Source: a virus
IMG/VR virus record: IMGVR_UViG_3300037313_000284
Location: 64,001 to 128,000 of that record
Reading direction: 5' to 3' (one strand)
Length of the DNA stretch: 64,000 bases
Shown: piece after piece, positions 29,947-39,195 of the stretch
Position numbering within the stretch: the first letter of the stretch is position 1
Layout: each line of letters begins with the position of its first letter
Position numbers and translations under genes: made by a program
Notes under the pieces: generated by a model
The model's database searches: none
What the model was told of the DNA's origin: nothing
The model's input: only the letters and a program-made list of their open reading frames with translations

Positions 29947-30354
29947 TTAGATAGTTGAGGCATTTAGACTTATCCCATCGTCTGGAGGGATGACACCAAC
30001 GAGTAACCATTGTTGTCGAGGTATGTCAGGCAACGTTAGTGTCTGATTGGCGAATTCGTGCAGGCTATCACCACAATAGATGATCATGCCGTTAGTAATA
30101 AAGTAGTGGCACCTACCATGGATGCCGTCTTCATCGTTGGGTCCTCCCCAACTAATATTCATAGACGGTTGAAAGGTAGGCGAGTCATGGTTCAGGTTAT
30201 AAGACCACCTAGCTCCGGTATGCGTCGGCTGGTCTACGTAAAAGGGATGCAGGTGTTTGCATGCGGGGCACCAATGCGCGTAAACCGCGTTATCGCCCCA
30301 TTCGTAATGGCGCATTATTTTAGCGCTAAGCCACTGCGCTTTGACTTGGCCCAT
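29947..30354 (-). CDS. DUF6527-like protein
   Basis: CPAC..H...W...PTFQPSM...CHYFITNG..YCGDSLH. Confidence 0.7.
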   Translation of the reverse strand: MGQVKAQWLSAKIMRHYEWGDNAVYAHWCPACKHLHPFYVDQPTHTGARWSYNLNHDSPTFQPSMNISWGGPNDEDGIHGRCHYFITNGMIIYCGDSLHEFANQTLTLPDIPRQQWLLVGVIPPDDGISLNASTI

Positions 30355-30379
30355 AGAACGCGGCTCCTAATGTTCACTT

Positions 30380-30390
30380 TAATAAATTAG
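30380..30390 (-). promoter_or_regulatory. Putative late promoter CTAATTTATTA
   Basis: Recurrent motif between a terminator and SD AGGAG. Confidence 0.65.
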
Positions 30391-30407
30391 CGCTATACCG
30401 ATTAAAC

Positions 30408-30443
30408 AAAGAAAAAGCCCCCGGAGCCTAGGCTCCGGGGGCT
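30408..30443 (-). terminator. Intrinsic terminator (perfect 28-bp palindrome)
   Basis: AGCCCCCGGAGCCTAGGCTCCGGGGGCT plus T tract. Confidence 0.8.
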
Positions 30444-30447
30444 GGTG

Positions 30448-30633
30448 TTAGTCTTTAGGTTTAGTGACGTTGGGTTTTGCACGAACCAATTCTGACATTG
30501 GCGATTCTTCTAGTTGCCGCATGATGCGTTCGCGTTCAGCGTCGGACAACTCCGGCGCGGGTTCGAACCCAAATGAGAACGGTTCGTCGTCTCCCTCGTC
30601 GTCGACTAACATATTGAATACTCGATGATGCAA
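30448..30633 (-). CDS. Small acidic hypothetical protein
   Basis: 61 aa, TAATTTA upstream at 30657-30663. Confidence 0.45.
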   Translation of the reverse strand: MHHRVFNMLVDDEGDDEPFSFGFEPAPELSDAERERIMRQLEESPMSELVRAKPNVTKPKD

Positions 30634-30697
30634 CGGCTTCTCGCTGAGCCTGACTGTAAATTAATCGAAGTGTCAGGGCTCCGGAGCCAACTCTTAA

Positions 30698-33600
30698 TTA
30701 GTTGGGTAGTGCAGTCTCGGCCCACTTCTTACGCAACACGTCCGCGTATTCGTGAGTGATGTAGAGAGGGAATTCAGGCGTAGGCAACTTACTAACATCG
30801 ATATCGCCGCAGTTGTAAGACAGCGTGATATGCGGGTTAAAAGTTGGGTACTTCCACACGGCCCCTAAATCTTGCGAGAGGTCAAAACGTTCTTGCATGA
30901 TTGGAGAGTCGTACTTAAGCACCAGTACCTTGTGGTCGCCGTCTTCCCAAACTTCCAGCTTGAAAGTATCAGGACTTACTAATAATCCACTACCCGTCAG
31001 CATATAATCGACCGGCTCCCAAGGTTCGCTTAGGGGCTTTTCGCTATAGACCAACGTAGAGTGCATCTTAGTAAAATCGGTAATCGGATTTTGAATCAAG
31101 TTGACCGCAATCCAATGCTCGATTTGACGTTGCGTGCGCTTACTAAACTTCACACCAACGTAGACGCCTTCTGCCGCGACTTCGAATTGGCTAAAATCAA
31201 ACGAAGCCTCTTCGTCGTCCTCGTGTCCACTCTCAGGCAAGATGCCCGCTAGTGAAGCTAGCTTCTCGACATTGTGATAGAGTTTAATACGGGTCGTTTT
31301 CTTTCCTTGTAGAAACTGCCAGAACGCTTTTTGGCCTGGAAGACCCGCGCCCCAATCTTTAGTAACGTACGCAGCGAGCTTACCCGGAAATGGGGTAGCT
31401 TCTTTGCCGCTAGCCACAAGATAAGGACGAATGCGATTAGCAATATTTGCCAAATCACGCGCAGCGCCTTTACGCTGTTTCGCCTTAATCTTTTTAGTGA
31501 TTTCAGCAAGTTCGTGTGCGAAGACATAGTTCAGGAACGCCGCTATGGGTTTCGCCTCGCGCTTACGCACCAGACCTATGTTATTAGTAGTAGCTGTTTC
31601 GACCGGAACGATCATCAGCTTCTTAGTCTTCTCATTCACACCGAGCTTAAGGTTGAACGTCGTCTTACCATCCGCTTCTCTAACCTTCGGCGCTTTGACC
31701 GAACGTTCGGGAGCTTCTGGTTTATCCGGCGCTTTTGCCTTAGGCGGCTCTTCGTCCTTTTTAGTAGGCTTAGAGCTACGTGCTGCGTCTTCTTCCTCTA
31801 GGATTCTAAAGAACGCGTCGAATGCTTCCTTGCGGGTAGCAAACTGTTCGTCCTCACCAACCCCATCGCGGTTGAAGATAATAAACCACTTGCCGGTTTT
31901 GATCACCTTATCGATGATGCCGCCGTTTTCCGGGTCTTTATTAGTAGCCGCGCCGCCGGGCGTTGCTTCGGTCCAACCGGGAGGTAGATCAGATTTAGGT
32001 TGCTGCGTCTGAACAGTATTAACAGGCGCATTCTCTAGCGCCGTCGCGTTTTCTTTCAACCAATCCAGGCCCGCTTGCGTTAGCTTAACAAATTCACGCG
32101 GTCCCTGAAATCCTTGCATAAGCAGTCCACGAGCTATTAACTTGTCGAGAGTGTTACGAAGGAAATCTGCTGCAACTTGCGGAGCCTTGCCTCGAATATC
32201 CTGTACATAAACGACCCATTCCGGATCATCCTTGAACATAAGAAGCACGGTACGCTCGTCGCCAGTTAACGCTTCGCCTGCGAACTTCGGCAAGAACGGG
32301 AAATTCATCGAGCGATCGTTCTGTCGAACCATGCTTTGCAAGTTAGTAAATTGATTACGCCTGCGCAGCAAGAATCGACGCTTCCACATTTCGAATGAAC
32401 CGCTTTCGCTGTCCGATCCGAATTGGTTAGCCGGAACTTCCTCGCCTGGTTTGAAGTTAGTCCACAGTTTATCCCAATAGCCTTGTAGACCAATTGGCAC
32501 TTTGTTAACCAGCGAACTCTCAGAATTAACTTCGGCGACAGAAGGCGCGTGGAACGTACCCAAATACCACATATAACCGCCGAAAGCTTTTTGATACACT
32601 TCCGGCAATTCGTCTAACGGTAGGTCGCGATAGCTATCCATAAATTTCTGGACTTCGGCACCTGATAGTAAAGCGTCTTCGAGAACTTGTTGCTTCTCTA
32701 CCGCTGTCATTTCGGAGTATGACTTCCGCTCATAAGAACGGTCTTCGTCATTAACGTCCGTCGACAATTCGGCACGCATGGTGTCGTCTAGATTAGGTAC
32801 GACCGGAGTTTGCAGCGACTTGTCTAATACCGAACCTTCTTTACTAATAACAGTAGCCGCGATACGCGCCAAGATATCCATAGCTGCGTCTTTATACGCG
32901 TTAGGAAGCTGGGCTTCGTACTGACCAAACACGTACAACGCGACCGTGAAGTTACGGTAGTTGTCGTCGTGCGGCATATTAGTAGATGTCAGGAACGGAT
33001 TGTTGCCACCGAACAGGGTCGTCAGCCAATAGGTACTAGCTAACTCGTTGGCGAAATCGTCGAAATCCATCTGCCCTTCCGGCTTGCCACCGGTCAGGTC
33101 AGAGAACGGAAGGTTATTAGTATAATAGCTGATTGCCGCTACCGATTTAAGTGCGGCATTTGCCACTTCGCGTTGCGAGCGCGTGCCGTCCTTACTAATC
33201 ATCGTCAACGCTATATAGGCAGAGTCAACGAGTACCCGACGTAACGGACCACCACCCTCTTTCACGTTCGCAGCGGCTTGTTCAAGCGTTGCGAAGTAGC
33301 GAGAGTCTTCTTTATCCATAGTGCCGGAATTACCAACGCCGTAAGTAGTAATTCTATCCGTAAATTTAACAGCCCACGCCTGTCGTTCAGCGCCTTGCCG
33401 CATGCTACTCTGTGTAGTCGTTTGTGTTGGCTGGTTAATAGCTTTGATAGGCGGGGCATGGATTAAATCGCGACCAACGTAAACGCCGTCGGCTTTTACC
33501 GTGGCTTTACCCTGTGCACGCTTCATCGCCCGCTTAATCATCCCAAAAACAGTCGGGTTGTTCCACACGTCGTACATGTGTGGAACCCATTCTTTGGATT

Positions 33601-34447
33601 TAGGCGAAGCACGCTTCAAACCTTGAACTTTGATTCCCGGTTTGTCAGTAACCCATTTCTTATCGTCTAAGAAACGTTGTGACTGCGTAATCTTATAGGT
33701 ATCAAACAACGCAGCTAGTTCTTTATCAGACGTACGGTAAATATCAACGCCGGTGTCCCAATCGATTTTGTTGAAACCGTTGATATTAGAATCAATGAAT
33801 TCGCCGTAGAACCTACTACCCGGATGCGCTAACGTAGTAACCGTACGTTGACCTTTAGTCCGGAACGCTGAATTCTTGTCAGCGATAGTCGTAGCGACCT
33901 TGAATTGGAAGTCATTAACGATATCGTCGAACACACCGGGGAGCATATAGGCGAATCGCATGAAATCAGGACCGTCTTCTTTAAATCGGAAGACCGCCAA
34001 CGTCATGTTACTACGCAGCTTACCTTCAGCGTGCTTAAGCATCGTTCCCGAGTAATCGGTGCTCGGAACTTCAATGCCGAAATCTCTAGCGCCGTCGGCC
34101 ACTTCTTCTAACTTCGCCCAAAATTCTGCGTGGTGCGAATCGTGTTCACCGCCTCTGAAATCTTTGACGACTAGGAACATGTACGCGTGCACCATTTCGT
34201 GCAGCAGAATTCCGTCCAGTCCTTCTTTCTTATAGTCGTAACGGTTGTCTAACTCGATGATGCATAGGTCTTTATTAACCACACCGTCCACCGGATAGGG
34301 ATGGCGGAACACACCTAATGCACCACGCGACGTCACGTTAGCTAGATTTCCGACGCCGAGACGTAGGTCTTCTGGCAGTTCATTATTAAAGAACAATCGG
34401 TTGAACCGTAGGTATTGTTCCCTAAGCGGATAGTCTTCGGTCTTCAT
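30698..34447 (-). CDS. Multidomain protein: N-terminal SprT-like metalloprotease, C-terminal Acb1-like 2H phosphoesterase
   Basis: LLHEMVH...H..EF at the N-terminus; HSTLVYS and PHITLSY (two HxT motifs) in the last ~155 aa. Confidence 0.85.
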   Translation of the reverse strand: MKTEDYPLREQYLRFNRLFFNNELPEDLRLGVGNLANVTSRGALGVFRHPYPVDGVVNKDLCIIELDNRYDYKKEGLDGILLHEMVHAYMFLVVKDFRGGEHDSHHAEFWAKLEEVADGARDFGIEVPSTDYSGTMLKHAEGKLRSNMTLAVFRFKEDGPDFMRFAYMLPGVFDDIVNDFQFKVATTIADKNSAFRTKGQRTVTTLAHPGSRFYGEFIDSNINGFNKIDWDTGVDIYRTSDKELAALFDTYKITQSQRFLDDKKWVTDKPGIKVQGLKRASPKSKEWVPHMYDVWNNPTVFGMIKRAMKRAQGKATVKADGVYVGRDLIHAPPIKAINQPTQTTTQSSMRQGAERQAWAVKFTDRITTYGVGNSGTMDKEDSRYFATLEQAAANVKEGGGPLRRVLVDSAYIALTMISKDGTRSQREVANAALKSVAAISYYTNNLPFSDLTGGKPEGQMDFDDFANELASTYWLTTLFGGNNPFLTSTNMPHDDNYRNFTVALYVFGQYEAQLPNAYKDAAMDILARIAATVISKEGSVLDKSLQTPVVPNLDDTMRAELSTDVNDEDRSYERKSYSEMTAVEKQQVLEDALLSGAEVQKFMDSYRDLPLDELPEVYQKAFGGYMWYLGTFHAPSVAEVNSESSLVNKVPIGLQGYWDKLWTNFKPGEEVPANQFGSDSESGSFEMWKRRFLLRRRNQFTNLQSMVRQNDRSMNFPFLPKFAGEALTGDERTVLLMFKDDPEWVVYVQDIRGKAPQVAADFLRNTLDKLIARGLLMQGFQGPREFVKLTQAGLDWLKENATALENAPVNTVQTQQPKSDLPPGWTEATPGGAATNKDPENGGIIDKVIKTGKWFIIFNRDGVGEDEQFATRKEAFDAFFRILEEEDAARSSKPTKKDEEPPKAKAPDKPEAPERSVKAPKVREADGKTTFNLKLGVNEKTKKLMIVPVETATTNNIGLVRKREAKPIAAFLNYVFAHELAEITKKIKAKQRKGAARDLANIANRIRPYLVASGKEATPFPGKLAAYVTKDWGAGLPGQKAFWQFLQGKKTTRIKLYHNVEKLASLAGILPESGHEDDEEASFDFSQFEVAAEGVYVGVKFSKRTQRQIEHWIAVNLIQNPITDFTKMHSTLVYSEKPLSEPWEPVDYMLTGSGLLVSPDTFKLEVWEDGDHKVLVLKYDSPIMQERFDLSQDLGAVWKYPTFNPHITLSYNCGDIDVSKLPTPEFPLYITHEYADVLRKKWAETALPN

Positions 34448-34471
34448 AACTTTAACTCAATGCGCTAAGGG

Positions 34472-34795
34472 TTATTGCTCACTCCAGTCCTTACATGTAA
34501 CCTTACCGCCGCCGTCAGACAGGCAGTAAATAGCGCCACGATAAATACCGTTGGTCGGAAAGAAGAACGGCGGGCTGGCGGGCTTCAGCCGGAAATAACC
34601 GGGAGCCCCGATAGCTACGCTGTTGTCGTAACCCCACCAAAGATCATTGGTCTCGCTGTTGTTTTGGATTACTAATCCAGCCCGGTCAGCGTTGGCGGGA
34701 ATGAGCAACATCGGAACGATGCCGACCATCTTGCTATGGTCGTTTACGTCATCGGCATCAATGGTGACTGTCGGACGAAAGTAGTTGCTAGACAT
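34472..34795 (-). CDS. Small beta-rich putative virion protein
   Basis: ANADRAGLVIQNNS...GAIY pattern; adjacent to a fibre chaperone-domain gene. Confidence 0.5.
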   Translation of the reverse strand: MSSNYFRPTVTIDADDVNDHSKMVGIVPMLLIPANADRAGLVIQNNSETNDLWWGYDNSVAIGAPGYFRLKPASPPFFFPTNGIYRGAIYCLSDGGGKVTCKDWSEQ

Positions 34796-35225
34796 TTTTA
34801 ATAATCCCAACAGAACGCTTGAGCGATTCCAACTCAGCCTTAGTCGTGGCGAGTTCGGAAGCTAACGAATTAATAAGTAAGAACAGAGTAGACGTAGGAT
34901 CGATGGCGAGCATTCCGTCTGTCCAGTCGCGAACAAGTGTGCTTAACAACGGACGTTCGTTTAACGTCTGCGCAATAACACCGAAGCGTTGCTCTTCTGA
35001 GTCCATACCGGACTCAGGTGTATAACGATAGGCAACGATTAACTTCTCGATCTCTTCAGCTTTAAGGCCATCAATGATTGGTTCAATCTCTCGCTTCAGG
35101 CGTGCGTCAGAGGCTATTAGGGCAGGAGAATCGATACCATCCACCTTGTCCGCATCCATTCCGGTTCCGGCACCTTGATAATTTTTGTGCCATACCTCGC
35201 CGCCGTTTACCTTTAGCCTTGCCAT
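34788..35225 (-). CDS. Peptidase S74 / intramolecular chaperone domain protein
   Basis: DADKVDG then SDARLKREIEPI...FGVIAQ...coiled coil. Confidence 0.75.
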   Translation of the reverse strand: MARLKVNGGEVWHKNYQGAGTGMDADKVDGIDSPALIASDARLKREIEPIIDGLKAEEIEKLIVAYRYTPESGMDSEEQRFGVIAQTLNERPLLSTLVRDWTDGMLAIDPTSTLFLLINSLASELATTKAELESLKRSVGIIKNV

Positions 35226-35250
35226 CGTCCGGTCCTTTATAACTCAGCAT

Positions 35251-35258
35251 TAAATTAG
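35251..35258 (-). promoter_or_regulatory. Putative late promoter CTAATTTA
   Basis: Recurrent motif after a terminator. Confidence 0.6.
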
Positions 35259-35270
35259 CGCTTAGAGCAC

Positions 35271-35309
35271 GAAAAAGCCCCGCTACCAGCTAAGGCAACG
35301 AGGCTTTTT
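35271..35309 (-). terminator. Intrinsic terminator
   Basis: AAAAAGCCCCG...CGAGGCTTTTT. Confidence 0.65.
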
Positions 35310-35310
35310 A

Positions 35311-35823
35311 TTATTTAAGTTGAGCAACTGCTAGAGCAAATGCTCGCCGATTTTTCAATACTAAACTGATGTTAGGACGGAAAACCAGAGCGTTGGTAGG
35401 TAGAAGGTCGTCATATTTTTCGTAACGATTTCGCGTAGGCGGATTAGGGTCGTACAGTTTATAGCCGTCGTAATAAACAGCGTGTGAACCTCCCACTTTG
35501 TTAAGGGACGGCACTGAAAAGATAGCAGGCCTACCCCAAAACTTATGACGGAAGAATTCAGGCGCAATCGCCCAATCTTTGTGTTGCTCTCGGAAGTCGC
35601 TGGCGTCCTCTTTATAATTTGGCGACTTGAAAAGACCCAATTCAGTCAGAATTTTGTCCTCGGAGCGGATGCCTTCACCGCTATCTGGATCGTAGGCTTC
35701 AGATTTAATAGCTGCTTCATAGACTTCTTCGTAGGGAAGAGTTAGCGCCATGGCAATGCACGCAATCATGCAATCCGTAGCTAAGCGTTGTTCAATCAGT
35801 ATCGTCATCGACGTTCTCGTCAT
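35311..35823 (-). CDS. Peptidase C39-like (papain-fold) protein
   Basis: Q...DCMIACIAM, HAVYYD, LYDP (Cys-His-Asp). Confidence 0.7.
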   Translation of the reverse strand: MTRTSMTILIEQRLATDCMIACIAMALTLPYEEVYEAAIKSEAYDPDSGEGIRSEDKILTELGLFKSPNYKEDASDFREQHKDWAIAPEFFRHKFWGRPAIFSVPSLNKVGGSHAVYYDGYKLYDPNPPTRNRYEKYDDLLPTNALVFRPNISLVLKNRRAFALAVAQLK

Positions 35824-36169
35824 CTAGATTAGTATCACACCAGTCAGGCGCAGGAACCCACTCTTCATCAGCATACGCACGGAAGCCATATTTCTCATTA
35901 ATAGCGGCAAAGGCTATCGCCCGGTCACGTAATTGGACGGCAGACAGCGCCTCCAACATCGCCTTACCTTGGGGTGTTAACTTAGGTTGCCTCAGGCACC
36001 ACGTCAGGCAATGCTTTTCCAGATTCAAGTCTTCGACCACAATGTGACAAGCACCGAAATCTTCACCAGCTTCCGCAGCGGCTGTTACTAGCTTAGCAAG
36101 CTCCCGGTGCTTGTCTTCAATAACAGGTTCAATACGCGTGTAGTAAGACCCGTAAGACCACACCGTCAT
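35792..36169 (-). CDS. Hypothetical protein
   Basis: 125 aa, HIVVEDLN motif, overlapping operon. Confidence 0.6.
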   Translation of the reverse strand: MTVWSYGSYYTRIEPVIEDKHRELAKLVTAAAEAGEDFGACHIVVEDLNLEKHCLTWCLRQPKLTPQGKAMLEALSAVQLRDRAIAFAAINEKYGFRAYADEEWVPAPDWCDTNLDDENVDDDTD

Positions 36170-37032
36170 TCTTCATCTTTCTCTACTAACCACGGAGCTT
36201 CGTATTCTTTGTCGATGACCACGCGGTATCCCATGCCCAACGGTCGGCGCTTGCCTTGGTATCCGTTGCAACGTGACTGCCGTTGGATTTGAAAATCAAC
36301 AGGCAGACCGGTCGCGTGGCGCATCCAATAACTAATCGAAGTGCACAGCAGCGACCAGAACGGCGAAATGCCAGTCCTACCGAATAACTTATCGTACTTC
36401 TCATCCGACATGATCATGCGGACGTCAACATCGCGATAAGCTTTGGTGTAAGTTGCCGAACCTACTAGGTAGCATGTCTCGTGGAACGCGCCAGTTAATA
36501 CACCAGCCGCGTGATCTAGCTTTTCGGTATCGGGAAAGCCGATGTAGCAGTCGCGCTCGAAGTCTTTGAGGTCTTTATATTCTTGATGCGCCAAAGCATA
36601 AAATTCGTCGGCGGCCACATCGCTAGCAAAATCAACAGCGTTAGAAAGGCGACAAACGCAAAATCGATTAGTGAGAGACGTACAACCTGCCATGCAAACC
36701 CCACCGCTACTAGGACAGTGAGTGGGTCGATTGGTCCCTGACGACGGCCCGAGCAACGATATGAAGTTAATAAGTTCTTTTGGCGGGGTTTCCGCAGTCG
36801 CTTTCGCACTGTGTTTTCCGTTTTTATACACTTCGCATGTGCTTTTAGGATCGAAGTGATACGTGCAACTTTTCGGACAGTCATCGCCAGTAAGAACGCA
36901 TTTAGTAAAAGTCTCAGACAAGTGCCCGTGGTTTCTTGCGTTTTGTATGTTGCAGATAGGTTCTTCGTAATCGTTGAAGTCACACTTAGCCGTACAAGGG
37001 TTATCACTGAAAATGCAAGTCTTTCTATCCAT
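36166..37032 (-). CDS. Cys-repeat plus pol-beta-family nucleotidyltransferase
   Basis: YLVGSA...RDVDVR...VDFQ (GS, DxD, third D); three 4-Cys repeats at the N-terminus. Confidence 0.65.
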   Translation of the reverse strand: MDRKTCIFSDNPCTAKCDFNDYEEPICNIQNARNHGHLSETFTKCVLTGDDCPKSCTYHFDPKSTCEVYKNGKHSAKATAETPPKELINFISLLGPSSGTNRPTHCPSSGGVCMAGCTSLTNRFCVCRLSNAVDFASDVAADEFYALAHQEYKDLKDFERDCYIGFPDTEKLDHAAGVLTGAFHETCYLVGSATYTKAYRDVDVRMIMSDEKYDKLFGRTGISPFWSLLCTSISYWMRHATGLPVDFQIQRQSRCNGYQGKRRPLGMGYRVVIDKEYEAPWLVEKDEE

Positions 37033-38032
37033 GACGCCTCATCCCCTTGAACATCGTAATCAACTGGTTAATAATATGATTGTCGTTCAGAGCATGGGTC
37101 GTCCATTTCCTACTTAACATATCCCGAAGTTCCAACACCTCGGCTTTCTTCATCTTACCGGGGTCCATCCCGTCAGCGAAGTTAACAACCTTGTGCGGTA
37201 CTTTGAAGCGCTTCAAATCTGGAACGATCTTCTCGACCGCAGAACGTCCGGCTTCATCACCGTCCATAGCGATGATGATCTTGACGCCAAGCTCAATTAA
37301 TATGTCTAGCTTAGCGCGGTTCCACCCGTTGGTTCCCCAAATGCACACTGCGGGGACGCCGTGTTGAAGCAGATTTAATGCGTCGCGTGCACCTTCCACA
37401 ATCACGATGTAACCTAGCAATTCCGCTAGAGGAAAAGCCTCGTCAATCGGGTAAAGTGTGTAGTTGGAGAACTTCGGGTTATTAGATAGCAGGTACTTTA
37501 CCTTGCTGGACTCGTCGTTCTTGTCGATCACGCATTGCACGTTGCCGACTTCGACTTCATCCACCATGACAGGCAGATACAGGCGCGGTTCGTCACGGCT
37601 ATCTACTAACGTTGCCCCCATCTTGCGGAGGAACTTTTCGCTAATAGTAACGCCGTCGCGCTTCCACGGTCCCGTCCATGGCATGTGACTGATGCCAATA
37701 ACTTCCGCCGATCCGTAGAAGTCTTCAGGCGAAGGCATCTTGATCCACAGATCATTGTCGTCGGCCTCTTCACCGTTAGCATCACGGATCGGAGCCATGT
37801 GCATAATCGCGGCGAGTTCGTTCCAGCTAATGCGTTTCTGATCGTCGTGACACGCGTAACAGAACGATTCATAGGGTTTGAAGCGTGGATTACTAATATT
37901 GATCTTACGGGAGGGCGTACGTTCCTGCCCTCCTGAGTGGATCGGGCACTGCACCAGCACGTGGTCAGGTTTAGTAATGTACTGCCGTCCAGTCTTAGCG
38001 ATTTGCTCGACAATGAACGCGCTGTGATCCAC
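37025..38032 (-). CDS. DnaG-type DNA primase
   Basis: CPIH..CYAC zinc finger, TOPRIM VEGARDA and DGDEAG, DPG. Confidence 0.9.
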   Translation of the reverse strand: MDHSAFIVEQIAKTGRQYITKPDHVLVQCPIHSGGQERTPSRKINISNPRFKPYESFCYACHDDQKRISWNELAAIMHMAPIRDANGEEADDNDLWIKMPSPEDFYGSAEVIGISHMPWTGPWKRDGVTISEKFLRKMGATLVDSRDEPRLYLPVMVDEVEVGNVQCVIDKNDESSKVKYLLSNNPKFSNYTLYPIDEAFPLAELLGYIVIVEGARDALNLLQHGVPAVCIWGTNGWNRAKLDILIELGVKIIIAMDGDEAGRSAVEKIVPDLKRFKVPHKVVNFADGMDPGKMKKAEVLELRDMLSRKWTTHALNDNHIINQLITMFKGMRRHG

Positions 38033-38057
38033 TATGGTTGCTCCGAAGTAAGGTGCA

Positions 38058-39071
38058 CTAGTAGTCCTCTTCAGAATTACGAGGCACCGCTACTAATATC
38101 TTATGGGCGCGGTCTCGACGAGGTTCCGGTAGTTGCTCTACCAACCAAACTAGCGGATTTGGCAGAGTGTCTTCGAGAGTGCGGAATTTCTTCTTCGATT
38201 TTTTATTATCGTTGGCTACGGCATCCGTACCGATCCGCTTATGCGACACCACCCGCTTGTCATCAGGTACATCGTCACCCGGCTCAAGAATCGTTCGATA
38301 ATAAACGCGGCGCTTGTCGGTCTTCGCTGCTTTTCGGTAGTCTGCTAACGATAGCTCTCGCATCCAGAAAGGCGGCACATAGGGGAGTTGCGTATGCGAC
38401 ACACGCAACTTATTACCCTCGACATTGGCTTTTAATAACATAAAGCCTTTAGGGTCATGGTTCCAATGGTGAACCAAAGCCACACCGGGATAGATCGCGC
38501 GTTTTCCTACTAATTGCCACGTATGCAAATGCCCGCCGACGTAGAAATGTCTTGCGTCCGGGTGGAAGCCATCAGCAAGCCATCCGTTGTCCATCTTGGA
38601 GCCGTGTGCTTCCGTGTGATGGAACACAAGCATCGGCGTTTTGGATTTAATAGCGCCAAGGTCTTCGTGTACGTCCGGCGGTTGCCAAGGATAGAACTTA
38701 CACATGACGCCATTGAGCTTTAGCATGGTAGGTTTATTAATAACCTTGATCATACCGCGCATTTTCTCGTAAGGCTCAAGAGCGTTGCTCTCGGAGTCCT
38801 CGTAATCGTGGTTGCCTCGTAACACGATTACCTTAAGGCCGCTCTCGTGAGCCTTGAAAACGAAATCGACAAACTCGGCGTGATCCTTGGGCTTAGGGGT
38901 GTTATTATCGAACACGTCGCCGAGGATGACAATCACGTCCACCTTTGCTTTCAGCGCTGCGTCCAACGCAGCTTGGAGCATATCGGAAACGCACTTGCGC
39001 CAATAACCCGGTTTCAGGAAGCTCGGTTGCCTCCCAAAGTGAGGGTCACCGATAGTCAGCACTTTAAGCAT
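38058..39071 (-). CDS. Mre11/SbcD (T4 gp47-like) metallophosphoesterase nuclease
   Basis: GDPH, GDVFD, GNHD, H, GHLH motifs. Confidence 0.85.
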   Translation of the reverse strand: MLKVLTIGDPHFGRQPSFLKPGYWRKCVSDMLQAALDAALKAKVDVIVILGDVFDNNTPKPKDHAEFVDFVFKAHESGLKVIVLRGNHDYEDSESNALEPYEKMRGMIKVINKPTMLKLNGVMCKFYPWQPPDVHEDLGAIKSKTPMLVFHHTEAHGSKMDNGWLADGFHPDARHFYVGGHLHTWQLVGKRAIYPGVALVHHWNHDPKGFMLLKANVEGNKLRVSHTQLPYVPPFWMRELSLADYRKAAKTDKRRVYYRTILEPGDDVPDDKRVVSHKRIGTDAVANDNKKSKKKFRTLEDTLPNPLVWLVEQLPEPRRDRAHKILVAVPRNSEEDY

Positions 39072-39195
39072 TACTAGCCTTTATACGCGATGATCGCCCA
39101 CGGAAGCACAAAAAGAGATATTAAGAAAATCCAATCGCCATTCGATTGCGCGACGATACGGGTTTCACCTAGCCAATGTAATACGTCAGCCATTT

